DNA of 64,000 bases from an uncultured Chitinophagaceae bacterium (GTDB lineage Bacteria > Bacteroidota > Bacteroidia > Chitinophagales > Chitinophagaceae). A program made the position numbers and the translations under genes. Numbering within the stretch: position 1 is the first letter of the stretch; every line of letters begins with the position of its first letter. Positions 1 to 8,922 of this stretch are shown piece after piece. Location: the NCBI GenBank assembly GCA_964647485.1, contig CAZYHV010000006.1, positions 6,808-70,807 of the forward strand. Direction: 5' to 3'. The notes under the pieces are model-generated. The model had not been told where the DNA came from. It did no database searches and worked only from the letters and a program-made list of their open reading frames with translations.

Positions 1-643
1 GGAATACCAAAAATACAAAAAGAACAAAAATGATGATTGATATGACCAACTGAATCCAGAAGGCTTGATTAAGGGTACCTTCCTGAGCTCCGGTGATGAC
101 AGCTAGAAGAAGAAGAACCAAGGTGTCTGTGATGATAGTCCCTCCGATAGCAATGGTGACCGCCTCATTTTTTGTAATCCCTAATTTACTGGTAATCGGA
201 TAGGCTACCAGGGTGTGTGTAGCAAACATACTGGAAATAAGGGCGGAAGCCATTATATCAAAATGAAAAACATAATGACAAGCAATTACTCCAATGCCGA
301 AAGGAATAGAAAAAGTTAGTAATCCAAAAAAGATACTCTTATTTTTACTTTTTCGAAATTCATTCATTTCCAAATCTAATCCTGCCTGGAACATGAGATA
401 AAGCAACCCTACCATTCCAAAAAGCTTGATACTACTGTCGAAAGCCAGAATCTTAAATCCATCCGGACCAATCGCAACTCCTGCAATAATAAGCCCAATA
501 ATACTCGGAATCCTAAGTTTCCTCAATAGGATAGGAGCCAATAGGATAATCGCCAACACTACCGAGAAGATTAAAACCGGATCTTCAAAAGGGAGATTGA
601 AGTTGATATTTAGCAATTGAAATGTAATGGGTATATTAAACAT
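1..643 (-). CDS. Cation:proton antiporter (CPA2 / Kef-type Na_H_Exchanger family), N-terminal part; gene runs off the left edge
   Basis: Hand translation of the minus strand from ATG at 643-641 gives MFNIPITFQLLNINFNLPFEDPVLIFSVVLAIILLAPILLRKLRIPSIIGLIIAGVAIGPDGF..., then continuous hydrophobic helices to position 1. It is missing from the ORF track because there is no stop in the window. Plus-strand ORFs 426..620 and 617..814 are antisense shadows. Confidence 0.7.
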   Translation of the reverse strand, partial: MFNIPITFQLLNINFNLPFEDPVLIFSVVLAIILLAPILLRKLRIPSIIGLIIAGVAIGPDGFKILAFDSSIKLFGMVGLLYLMFQAGLDLEMNEFRKSKNKSIFFGLLTFSIPFGIGVIACHYVFHFDIMASALISSMFATHTLVAYPITSKLGITKNEAVTIAIGGTIITDTLVLLLLAVITGAQEGTLNQAFWIQLVISIIIFVLFVFLVF

Positions 644-824
644 ATTTTAACTTCGAGTGAAAACAGTTGTTTCACAGGTAATAATATACAAATATGGAAA
701 AAAATATGCTTTTCCCTCTTTTCTTTAACATTTATTTTTAGAATCTTTTTTACTTCTCTCAAAAAGCTTTTGGGGATGGAAGCCCTCTTTTTGCTTTCAA
801 AGGGATTGTTGTAACTTTGTTGAA

Positions 825-1130
825 ATGGTATGCAATTCGCAAAAGCATCAGAAACAAGAGGATTTGGAGACGGTATTGTCGAATCTATCGGATTATTATC
901 ACAGCCTGGTCGTATGGAATGATGATGTCAATACCTTTGATTGGGTTATTAAGTGTCTGGTAGAGATTTGTGATCATAGTCCGGAGCAGGCAGAGCAATG
1001 TGCCTTTTTTATCCATTTTAGAGGAAAATATGCGGTGAAGGAAGATGCATTAGAAACGTTACGTCCTATGCGAGAAGCCTTAACCGAAAGAGGACTTTCC
1101 GCCACTATTGAGTCTGATCATGAGGAATAA
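825..1130 (+). CDS. clpS: ATP-dependent Clp protease adaptor ClpS
   Basis: 101 aa. Core VVWNDDVNTFDWVIKCLVEICDHSPEQAEQCAFFIHFRGKYAV is typical of ClpS. Confidence 0.85.
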   Translation: MVCNSQKHQKQEDLETVLSNLSDYYHSLVVWNDDVNTFDWVIKCLVEICDHSPEQAEQCAFFIHFRGKYAVKEDALETLRPMREALTERGLSATIESDHEE

Positions 1131-1141
1131 AAAGATTATAG

Positions 1142-1174
1142 AAATATTATTTTACAAATACTAAAATAATATTT
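1142..1174. promoter_or_regulatory. Perfect 13-bp inverted repeat (AAATATTATTTTA-N7-TAAAATAATATTT) between clpS and mntH; candidate metalloregulator operator overlapping the mntH promoter
   Basis: The arms at 1142-1154 and 1162-1174 are exact reverse complements. A TAnnTTTG-type -7 box (TAGTTTTG, 1174-1181) abuts the right arm, 15 nt before the mntH ATG. The all-AT stem argues against a terminator. Confidence 0.4.
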
Positions 1175-1195
1175 AGTTTTGCCTAAAAAGTAAAA

Positions 1196-3073
1196 ATGTC
1201 TAATCCATCTGATTCTTCATTAAGTGAAGTCCACGAGTCGGTAGATATTCGAAAGAAAAAGGGGTGGTTTCGGAAACTTCTCGCTTTTTCCGGTCCGGCT
1301 TATTTGGTAGGGGTCGGTTATATGGATCCCGGGAATTGGGCGACAGATCTGGCAGGAGGAAGTCAGTTTGGGTATCAATTGATTTGGGTTATTCTGATGA
1401 GTAATGCCATGGCTTTACTTTTACAAAGCCTTTCTGCCCGTTTGGGAATCGTCAGAGGAAGAGATTTAGCACAAGCCAATCGGGAAACCTATCCCCCCTT
1501 TGTCAATTTTGTACTTTATGTGTTAGCTGAGTTGGCCATTGCTGCAACAGATTTAGCAGAAGTTATTGGGATGGCTGTTGGATTGCAGCTGTTATTTCAC
1601 ATGCCTCTATTGATTGGAATTTGTTTGACTGCTTTAGATACTTTTATTCTTTTGGCATTACAAAAAGTAGGAATCAGGAAAATAGAAGCTGTTATTTTGG
1701 CTTTGATAGCGGTGATTGGTTTCTCTTTGTTGTGGGAAATATTTTTATCCAAACCGGATTGGGGGGATGTTGCAGCCGGATTTATACCTTCTGTTCCTAA
1801 TCATACTGCCTTATATATAGCGATCGGTATTATTGGAGCTACCGTCATGCCTCATAATCTGTATTTACATTCCGCATTGGTACAAACGAGGAAAATTGAA
1901 AAGGAGCATAAGAGTATTCGCCAGGCATTACGAATGAATGTAACAGACAGTGCTTTTGCATTGAATTTGGCCTTCTTTGTGAATGCCGGACTTTTGATTT
2001 TGGCAGGCGCTGCCTTTTTTACCAGTGGAAATACACAGGTAGCAGAATTGGAAGATGCGTATAAGCTGTTAAAGCCATTGTTAGGCAATGAGCTGGCTCC
2101 TATTATGTTTGCGGTTGCTTTAATCGCCGCCGGGCAAAGTTCGACGGTTACCGGTACTTTGGCTGGACAAATTGTTATGGAGGGCTATTTGCGTTTACGA
2201 ATCAGCCCCTGGATGAGGAGATTAATAACCCGTTTAGCTGCGATCATTCCTGCCATTTTGGTGGTTGTTATTTCTGGAGAGAAAAGTGTAGGAGAATTAT
2301 TAATTTTTAGTCAGGTTCTCTTAAGTCTACAACTTGGATTTGCCATTATCCCTCTTATTCATTTTGTCAGTGATAAGAAAACGATGGGACGATATGCTAT
2401 TAAATGGTATACGAAAATGCTAGCTTGGGGAATCACGATCATCCTTGTTCTTTTAAATTTAAAGCTTGTTTCAGAAGAGGTAAAAGGAGTCTTTTTAGAA
2501 GGGAATCTTTGGACAAAATATTTGTTATTAGTGCTGGTCATCGCTTTACTTGTGTTATTAGTTTATACTTTTATATTTCCGATGACGGCCAAACATCGTC
2601 AGGCACAATCTGCCAATATACATCAACGAAAATCAGCTTTGCCGCGAATAGAAAATATAAAGAAGCCAAAGTATCGAAAAGTAGCTTTGGCATTGGATTT
2701 TAGTGAGACAGACGGGGATATTATATCTAATGCTCTTGCACAAGGAGATGAAGAAACAGAATATATTCTAATACATATTACCGAAAGTGCCTCTGCCAGA
2801 ACCTTAGGTACGGAGAGTGCTGATTATGAAACCCGACAGGATAAAGAACAATTGGATATTTATGTTGATTTATTAAAGGAAAAAGGGATTAAATCTTCTG
2901 CAGTTTTAGGACATTCCAAAAGAGGAAAAAATATCGTCAAGATTGTCCATCGAGAACATGTTGATTTAGTAGTCATGAGCGGACATGGACATACCGGGTT
3001 TAAAGATTGGCTTTATGGAGAAACTGTTAATTATGTTCGTCATCATGCCAAAGCTCCGGTATTGATTGTGTAG
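1196..3073 (+). CDS. mntH: Nramp-family divalent metal (Mn2+/Fe2+) transporter MntH fused to a C-terminal universal stress protein (USP) domain
   Basis: 625 aa. Nramp signature GPAYLVGVGYMDPGNWATDLAGGSQFGY and about 11 TM helices. The last ~140 aa (KVALALDFSETD...VDLVVMSGHGHTGFKDWLYGETVNYVRHHAKAPVLIV) look like a UspA-type domain. Confidence 0.9.
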   Translation: MSNPSDSSLSEVHESVDIRKKKGWFRKLLAFSGPAYLVGVGYMDPGNWATDLAGGSQFGYQLIWVILMSNAMALLLQSLSARLGIVRGRDLAQANRETYPPFVNFVLYVLAELAIAATDLAEVIGMAVGLQLLFHMPLLIGICLTALDTFILLALQKVGIRKIEAVILALIAVIGFSLLWEIFLSKPDWGDVAAGFIPSVPNHTALYIAIGIIGATVMPHNLYLHSALVQTRKIEKEHKSIRQALRMNVTDSAFALNLAFFVNAGLLILAGAAFFTSGNTQVAELEDAYKLLKPLLGNELAPIMFAVALIAAGQSSTVTGTLAGQIVMEGYLRLRISPWMRRLITRLAAIIPAILVVVISGEKSVGELLIFSQVLLSLQLGFAIIPLIHFVSDKKTMGRYAIKWYTKMLAWGITIILVLLNLKLVSEEVKGVFLEGNLWTKYLLLVLVIALLVLLVYTFIFPMTAKHRQAQSANIHQRKSALPRIENIKKPKYRKVALALDFSETDGDIISNALAQGDEETEYILIHITESASARTLGTESADYETRQDKEQLDIYVDLLKEKGIKSSAVLGHSKRGKNIVKIVHREHVDLVVMSGHGHTGFKDWLYGETVNYVRHHAKAPVLIV

Positions 3074-3746
3074 AAGACGATTGTGAAACGGGTTTGACCC
3101 AAATCTTTTTAGCGACCATTCCGCTCAAATTAACGACTTCCTTTTTTCCAATGTCTAATATTAGGCTTCGATCGTATTCTTCTCTTTGTATGAGTTTCAG
3201 TTGAGTATGTAATGTTAGTCCTTTTTTGTCTAAGAATTGTAGTAAATCGGCATCCTGACTTTCTACGGTAATAATTTTATAGTTCTGACCGGTGTCTACC
3301 TGATCCAGATTGGGGAGTTCTCTTTTAATAATTTCCCCTTCGGTATTGGGAATAGGATCGCCATGAGGATCTTCGGTAGGATGACCCAGGAAAGAATCCA
3401 TTCTATCGATAAGCTCTTTGGAATGAACATGTTCCAGTTGTTCGGCAATATCATGTACTTCATGCCAGTCAAACCCCAACACCTCTACGAGAAATTGCTC
3501 CCAGAGCCGGTGTTTACGGATGACCAGTAAAGCTATTTTTTGTCCTTCTTCTGTGAGTGCTGCTCCTTTAGATTTTTGATAACTTAAATATCCTTTTTTT
3601 TGCAGACGCTTTACTTTGTCAGTAACTGAGGCAGCTCTTACATTTAAAAAATCGGCCAAATTCCCTGTACTCACCGGATCATTCTCTTTCCCGGAGAGAT
3701 GGAATATGGCTTTGAGATAATTTTCATCAGCTAAGGAACTGTTCAT
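3027..3746 (-). CDS. DtxR/MntR-family metal-dependent transcriptional repressor with C-terminal FeoA/SH3-like domain
   Basis: 239 aa. N-terminal wHTH (ENYLKAIFHLS...VRAASVTDKVKRLQKKGYL), a metal-binding/dimerisation region (HRLWEQFLVEVLGFDWHEVHDIAEQLEHV) and a FeoA-like tail. The 3' end overlaps the mntH 3' end by 47 bp, convergently. Confidence 0.85.
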   Translation of the reverse strand: MNSSLADENYLKAIFHLSGKENDPVSTGNLADFLNVRAASVTDKVKRLQKKGYLSYQKSKGAALTEEGQKIALLVIRKHRLWEQFLVEVLGFDWHEVHDIAEQLEHVHSKELIDRMDSFLGHPTEDPHGDPIPNTEGEIIKRELPNLDQVDTGQNYKIITVESQDADLLQFLDKKGLTLHTQLKLIQREEYDRSLILDIGKKEVVNLSGMVAKKIWVKPVSQSSSTQSIPELWHDDEHN

Positions 3747-3808
3747 CTTTTTTAATCTTTAGGTCAAATGTATGAAATTATAACAAATAGTACTTTCTTG
3801 AAGCTCTT

Positions 3809-5695
3809 TTAAAGCTTTAACTCTTCGAGCGCCAACCATCGCATCTCTAACTCGGCTAACTGTTCTGTAATTTCTCCTATGCGTTCAGAAACCTTTTGGA
3901 TTTCTTCATAGGGAAGGTTTCCATTCGACATCTTTTTTGTAAGATCTTCTTTTTCTGTTTCCAGTTGAGGGAGCTTTCTTTCTATTTTTTTCAATTCTTG
4001 TTGTTCATTATACGATAGTTTTTTCTTTTCTTTGGGTTTCTTTTCCTTCTTCGTTTTCTCTTTCTTTTCGGCTTGTATTTTTCTTCTTGCTTCTTCTTGG
4101 TCTTCTTTCTCTGCTTCTGCTCGGTATTGGGAATAGGTTCCCGGAAAGTCACGAATCTGTCCTTCTCCTTTAAAAACGAACAAATGATTAATCAGTCGAT
4201 CCATGAAATAACGATCATGAGAAACGATTATTAAACAGCCGGGAAAAGATTCCAGAAAGTCTTCTAGCACTTGAAGTGTCTCGATGTCCAGGTCATTGGT
4301 CGGCTCGTCCAGAATGAGGAAGTTGGGATTTCGGAAAAGAACAGATAATAATTGTAATCTTTTTTTCTCTCCTCCGCTAAGTTGGGAAATATAGGTATAT
4401 TGTTGTTCCGGTGGGAAAAGAAAACGTTTCAAAAATTCGGAGACTCCGATGACGCCACCGTCTGCTAAGGGAAAATTATCAGCGATCTGCTTTACCCAGT
4501 CAATCACCCTTTCGTCTTCCTTTAATTTCAGCCCCTGTTGATGGTAATAGCCGAAAGTAATGGTTTGTCCTACATTCACTTTCCCGGAATCCTGCTTTTC
4601 GATGCCTTGCAGGATGTTCAGAAAAGTAGATTTCCCTACCCCGTTTTTTCCGATGATGCCAATGCGTTCCCCTCTTTTAAAAGAATAATCAAAACCATCG
4701 ATTAATAATTTATTTCCGTATGATTTACGAACTTTTTTTAATTCCAATATTTTCCCTCCGATTCGTGTCATTTTCATATCCAAAGTCATATTGGAGTCAT
4801 TGGCCTTACTGAGTGCTTTCTCTTTTACATCATAGAAAGCATCTTTTCGGGCTTTGGACTTTGTCCCTCGAGCACGTGGCTGACGGCGCATCCAATCCAA
4901 TTCCTTCCGATAAAGATTTTTGGCTTTCTCTCTGGATGCTTCGGCAACTTCTAAACGGTGTTGTTTATTTTCAAGATATTGCTCATATTTTCCGTTATGA
5001 ACGTAAATATCTCCATGATCCAATTCCAGTATTTTATTACAGACATGATCCAAGAAGTATCGATCATGCGTTACCAGTAATAAGGTCATCTTGGCGGTGG
5101 AAAGATATTGTTCCAGCCATTCAATCATGTTGACATCCAAATGGTTGGTAGGCTCGTCGAGTATGAGTAAAGTGTTTTGGTGATCAAAACCGATATCGAT
5201 TAATACTTTTGCCAGAGCCACTCTTTTCTTTTGTCCTCCTGAGAGAGTTGCTACTCTTTGAGATAAAAAATCAATACCCAATTTTCCTAAAATTTCTTTG
5301 ACTGTTGCTTCAAACTTCCAGGCATCTACAGCATCCATTTTGCCTACTAATTCAGCGATTTCTGCTGTATTTTCATTGAGCAGCGATTGTTCGTATCTGT
5401 TAATTAATTGCAGGGTAGGATGAGCATGTTGAAAGATATTTTCGTTTACCGTTGTTTCTTCATTCAGCTGAAATTGTTGATCCAGAAAAGCGACTTGTAC
5501 CTCTTTATGGACCCAAACGGTACCGGACTCAGCGGTGTCTTTTCCCGAAATAACTTTGAGTAGAGAGGTCTTCCCCGAACCATTTTTAGCGATGAGAGCG
5601 ACCTTATCTCCTTCTGAAAGATGAAAGGTTATTCCTTCAAAAAGGGTTTTGATACCGTATGATTTGCTCAGGTTTTCAACAGATAAGTAATGCAT
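3809..5695 (-). CDS. ABC-F family ATPase (two ABC cassettes, Lys-rich coiled-coil C-terminus, Uup-like)
   Basis: Two Walker A motifs (GKNGSGKTS, GKNGVGKST) and two signatures (LSGGQKKRVALA, LSGGEKKRLQLL). The track start (TTG, 5725) lies in a read-through from an upstream relic, so ATG at 5695 (MHYLSVENL...) is preferred. Confidence 0.9.
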   Translation of the reverse strand: MHYLSVENLSKSYGIKTLFEGITFHLSEGDKVALIAKNGSGKTSLLKVISGKDTAESGTVWVHKEVQVAFLDQQFQLNEETTVNENIFQHAHPTLQLINRYEQSLLNENTAEIAELVGKMDAVDAWKFEATVKEILGKLGIDFLSQRVATLSGGQKKRVALAKVLIDIGFDHQNTLLILDEPTNHLDVNMIEWLEQYLSTAKMTLLLVTHDRYFLDHVCNKILELDHGDIYVHNGKYEQYLENKQHRLEVAEASREKAKNLYRKELDWMRRQPRARGTKSKARKDAFYDVKEKALSKANDSNMTLDMKMTRIGGKILELKKVRKSYGNKLLIDGFDYSFKRGERIGIIGKNGVGKSTFLNILQGIEKQDSGKVNVGQTITFGYYHQQGLKLKEDERVIDWVKQIADNFPLADGGVIGVSEFLKRFLFPPEQQYTYISQLSGGEKKRLQLLSVLFRNPNFLILDEPTNDLDIETLQVLEDFLESFPGCLIIVSHDRYFMDRLINHLFVFKGEGQIRDFPGTYSQYRAEAEKEDQEEARRKIQAEKKEKTKKEKKPKEKKKLSYNEQQELKKIERKLPQLETEKEDLTKKMSNGNLPYEEIQKVSERIGEITEQLAELEMRWLALEELKL

Positions 5696-5749
5696 AAACT
5701 TTGGACTCCTTTGAACGATTCCCAAAATTAGGAGTATTTTTTTGCATTG

Positions 5750-5966
5750 GCTGATAAAATCCAGATAATTGTTGGGATGGATGACGGAAAAGGCAGCTTG
5801 GGGATATGTTTTGGCAAAAAAAGCCGGTATCTTTTTCTTGTTTTTTCGTCATTTGAATTCAAAAGCCTGTAGGTGGTCAGCGGAAGTCTCAATAACATCA
5901 AGCTCTTGCCGCTCGTAAGTGTGCCAGAAATAATAATGGCTCCCCTTCTACCTGTTGTTGTTTGAC
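5750..5966 (-). pseudogene. Relic of the C-terminus of a DUF4143-type AAA ATPase gene (paralogue of 25056..25881)
   Basis: Minus-strand translation gives SHYYFWHTYERQELDVIETSADHLQAFEFK*RKNKKKIPAFFAKTYPQAAFSVIHPNNYLDFIS. This aligns with the end of ORF 25056..25658 (RRYYFWRTYDRQEIDLIETTAGKIQAFEFKWGKRKKKIPVFFAKTYPQADFSIIHPDNYLDFIS). There are in-frame TGA (5849-5851) and TAG (5948-5950) stops and no N-terminal part. Confidence 0.75.
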
Positions 5967-6048
5967 CTTATCTTTTCAGAAATATCTACTTTTAAATTAA
6001 AGAGGTTGTTTTTCCGGGAGTTTTTATTCATATCAGAAAGACGGGTTT

Positions 6049-6852
6049 TTACCTTAATTTATTCTTTAAAAACAGAAACCATCGGGAGTGGTTGATTAGT
6101 ACCCGAATAGCTCTTAGTTTGTTCCATCGTAATCTTTTTCTGACGTACCTTTCAGTGGAAAAAAATGCAGGGTGCCCGTCTCTCATATCCGGAACAATAC
6201 CTTCTAATTCTTTTTCCCATGAATCATCTTTTTCATATCCATAAGCAATCAGTTCTTTGTTTATGGAACCATGTTTAACAATTTGTCCTGCCAGTCTGGC
6301 TTTGTGTTTTCTCCAGTTGCCTATGCTTTTCGTTGAGACAGGTCGCAGCCCTTTTAATGCAGCCTGATTAAAGTCTGATGGGGTAGCTTTTTGATGAAAA
6401 TTACTAAATAGAGTGGTTTGATCAAGAAAAGGTAGTTTCTGACTAATTAATTCCTGTATTTCATTAGGTTGGGTAACCAGATCTTCATAGCGTACGGTAA
6501 TAAACCTTGGATGATCCTTTAATTTATCTCCCATTTTTGTCCACATCTTCCAGATATTGAGGTCGTTCCAGTATCGGTCTTTGTCCCATGGATGCTTACT
6601 GGAGATCACATCTCTCGGATCACGCAACATATATATTATATAGAGATCTTTTATAAAAGAAAGCATATCCTTGGCTACGATAATATCTTTAGGGGTCTTT
6701 GTTAAAAGCGTTTCCCCGTATTGGGGAGGAGATTTTGAAATACGTATTTCTTTTGTTGTAACAACATCAATATCAAAACCATTACTCATGAGTTCCATCA
6801 TCAGTGTGGTTCCACTACGAGAGCTGCATCCGACAATATGTATTTTCTTCAT
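6049..6852 (-). CDS. Sulfotransferase-family protein (predicted PAPS-dependent)
   Basis: 267 aa. 5'-PSB-like loop at the N-terminus (IVGCSSRSGTTLM) and a 3'-PB-like motif (YMLRDPRDVISS). No signal peptide. Confidence 0.65.
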   Translation of the reverse strand: MKKIHIVGCSSRSGTTLMMELMSNGFDIDVVTTKEIRISKSPPQYGETLLTKTPKDIIVAKDMLSFIKDLYIIYMLRDPRDVISSKHPWDKDRYWNDLNIWKMWTKMGDKLKDHPRFITVRYEDLVTQPNEIQELISQKLPFLDQTTLFSNFHQKATPSDFNQAALKGLRPVSTKSIGNWRKHKARLAGQIVKHGSINKELIAYGYEKDDSWEKELEGIVPDMRDGHPAFFSTERYVRKRLRWNKLRAIRVLINHSRWFLFLKNKLR

Positions 6853-6969
6853 TTATTTGTTTGTTTCTTACTATTAAAAATAAAGAAGTAGATATCAAGC
6901 TACCTTTTTTACTAATTTCTATTGGTGAAGGAAACTATGAATTAAAGAGGAAATGACCAAGACCACCTC

Positions 6970-7677
6970 TTATTTATGGACAAGCGTTTCTACGCGGTCT
7001 TTATAGTTACCTCCAATAGGTAATTCTACTTCTCCAATGAATATGCCATTTTTTCTAACAGATGTAATCTGTTGAATGGCAATAATATAAGATTTATGAA
7101 TACGAATAAATTGATTGTCAGGGAGTTGTTCTTCAATAGTTTTCATACTCATAAGGGGAATAATCGGTTTATTTGAGTTTGTTAAATAAATTTTAAGATA
7201 ATCTTTAAGTCCCTGGATCCACTTAATATCTATAAGATTTATTTTTATTTGACTATAATCAGCATTTACAAAGATATAATCGGAAGAGGGAGTTTCTATT
7301 TTTATTTTTTGATTTAGTTTGAATTGATGGAATTCCGAAGCTTTGTTACAAGCTTTAATAAAGCGGTCAAAGGCTACGGGTTTCATAAGGTAATCTAATA
7401 CGTCCAATTTAAATCCCTGTACGGCATATTTTTCATAAGCCGTAACTACAATAATAATAGGTTGGTAGGTCATCTTCTGAACAAATTGCAACCCTGTCAT
7501 TCCCGGCATTTGAATATCTAAGAAAATGAGATCAATAGGTTGTCTATGCATCACTTTTTCAGCTTCTAAGACATTTTTACATTTTGCAGTAATCTCAATA
7601 TATGGGATATGCTGTATATAATCCTCTAAAAGGTCTATAGCTAGCTTTTCATCATCAACAATAATACATTTAAGCAT
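6970..7677 (-). CDS. LytR/AlgR-family response regulator (REC + LytTR DNA-binding domain)
   Basis: 235 aa. The REC domain has the phospho-acceptor context LIFLDIQMPGMTG. The C-terminal part is LytTR-like (FIRIHKSYIIAIQQI). Confidence 0.9.
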   Translation of the reverse strand: MLKCIIVDDEKLAIDLLEDYIQHIPYIEITAKCKNVLEAEKVMHRQPIDLIFLDIQMPGMTGLQFVQKMTYQPIIIVVTAYEKYAVQGFKLDVLDYLMKPVAFDRFIKACNKASEFHQFKLNQKIKIETPSSDYIFVNADYSQIKINLIDIKWIQGLKDYLKIYLTNSNKPIIPLMSMKTIEEQLPDNQFIRIHKSYIIAIQQITSVRKNGIFIGEVELPIGGNYKDRVETLVHK

Positions 7678-8844
7678 TTAGATTAAGTTTAGGTGAAGTA
7701 AGACAGTATACCATTGTTCGCTTTTTTTAATATTAAGAATATAATCATCTCCATATGATAATTCCAACCTTCGTCTGACATTATTCAGTCCAATACCGGG
7801 TGTTTTATCTTTTATTTCATTGGAATCAGGGCTAAATTTATTTTTCACTTTAAAATGTAAAATGTGATCTTCTACGCTCAGGCTGATATTTATTTCAGGA
7901 TCCGGAATCAAGACAATGCCGTGCTTAAAAGCATTTTCTATAAAAGGGATTAACAGCATTGGTTCAATAGAATCATCTGATTGAGTAAGTTGAATATCTG
8001 ATTCTACTTTTACGACTCCATGAAAACGTAGCTCTTGTAAATCAATATAGCTTTTGAGATAATCTAATTCTTTAATTAAAGATATTTTATCCTCTTTGGT
8101 ATCATAGTACAGATAACGCATGATACCGGATAGTTTTATTAAAGAATTTTCTAGTTTGTCAGAGCCTTTTCTCGCAAGCGATACCATATTATTCAAAACA
8201 TTGAACATGAAATGGGGACTTATTTGGGATCTTAATAAAAGGAGCTCTGTTTTGAGGTTTTCATTCTCTTTTTCTTTGACCAGTCGACTTGCTCTTATCC
8301 TATCAATTGTCATCCTATAGGCAATGCTAGCAGTAAGAATAAAAAAGTAAGAAAAAGAATTTTTAAACAAAAAAGGAAATAACGATACGATATGAAACCG
8401 GTGTCTCTGAAATGGTTTAGGACGCATCATATGCGAGGGATTACCCAAATCAGGAATGTTTCCTTTTATAGGCGTTGAGAAAAGTTCATTGTTTCCTATC
8501 GCCCATTTCATCAAAAGAGAACTAACCAAACAAAACCCTAAAAACAACAGGAATTGAATCCCCAGTGAACGCAGTATTTTTTTCTTTATAATAAAGCCGG
8601 AAAGTAGAATATATGCATTTAGATAAAAGATTCCTACCAATAGTAAGTCAGTTATAATAAGCGTCCATTCAAATATTGGAGGCCCTGCATGGACGAACTC
8701 TCTTACCCCATGCCCTCCGGTAAAATCATTATGAGAAAAGACAACCGGGGAATGTATTAGCATGGGTATAGAAAAAAACAACAACCAAGCAATCACATGT
8801 AGAAAGATGACAGTTCTTTTTTTAAAAAATCTTTCCTGGCTCAT
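7678..8844 (-). CDS. LytS/YehU-type sensor histidine kinase (multi-TM N-terminus, His_kinase PF06580-like + HATPase)
   Basis: 388 aa. H-box QISPHFMFNVLNNM and ATPase motifs (FIENAFKHG, GIGLNNVRRRL). The stop is immediately adjacent to the regulator start (TAAATG). Confidence 0.9.
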   Translation of the reverse strand: MSQERFFKKRTVIFLHVIAWLLFFSIPMLIHSPVVFSHNDFTGGHGVREFVHAGPPIFEWTLIITDLLLVGIFYLNAYILLSGFIIKKKILRSLGIQFLLFLGFCLVSSLLMKWAIGNNELFSTPIKGNIPDLGNPSHMMRPKPFQRHRFHIVSLFPFLFKNSFSYFFILTASIAYRMTIDRIRASRLVKEKENENLKTELLLLRSQISPHFMFNVLNNMVSLARKGSDKLENSLIKLSGIMRYLYYDTKEDKISLIKELDYLKSYIDLQELRFHGVVKVESDIQLTQSDDSIEPMLLIPFIENAFKHGIVLIPDPEINISLSVEDHILHFKVKNKFSPDSNEIKDKTPGIGLNNVRRRLELSYGDDYILNIKKSEQWYTVLLHLNLI

Positions 8845-8870
8845 TTGAAATAATTTATTAGTCTGAAATT

Positions 8871-8880
8871 TTTATCGACA
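8871..8880. promoter_or_regulatory. Single copy of TTTATCGACA, the same 10-mer that is paired upstream of the second LytTR operon
   Basis: Exact 10-mer 27-36 nt upstream of the kinase ATG (8844). CGACA-N8-TGTCG also forms a short inverted repeat here. Confidence 0.25.
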
Positions 8881-8922
8881 ACTAAAAGTGTCGTTCTTTA
8901 CCTTATCCTTGAATCGGTTCCT

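Noticed and set aside
426-814. Plus-strand ORFs 426..620 and 617..814
   Set aside because: 426..620 lies antisense to the convincing minus-strand Kef-type antiporter frame (1..643). 617..814 only touches the end of that frame and otherwise lies in the divergent intergenic region before clpS. Its composition is low-complexity and hydrophobic, and neither ORF has a recognisable domain.
3990-4090. Lys/Glu-rich repetitive stretch (KKEKTKKEKKPKEKKK) as a DNA repeat element
   Set aside because: It is the charged coiled-coil linker typical of ABC-F/Uup C-termini, in frame and coding.
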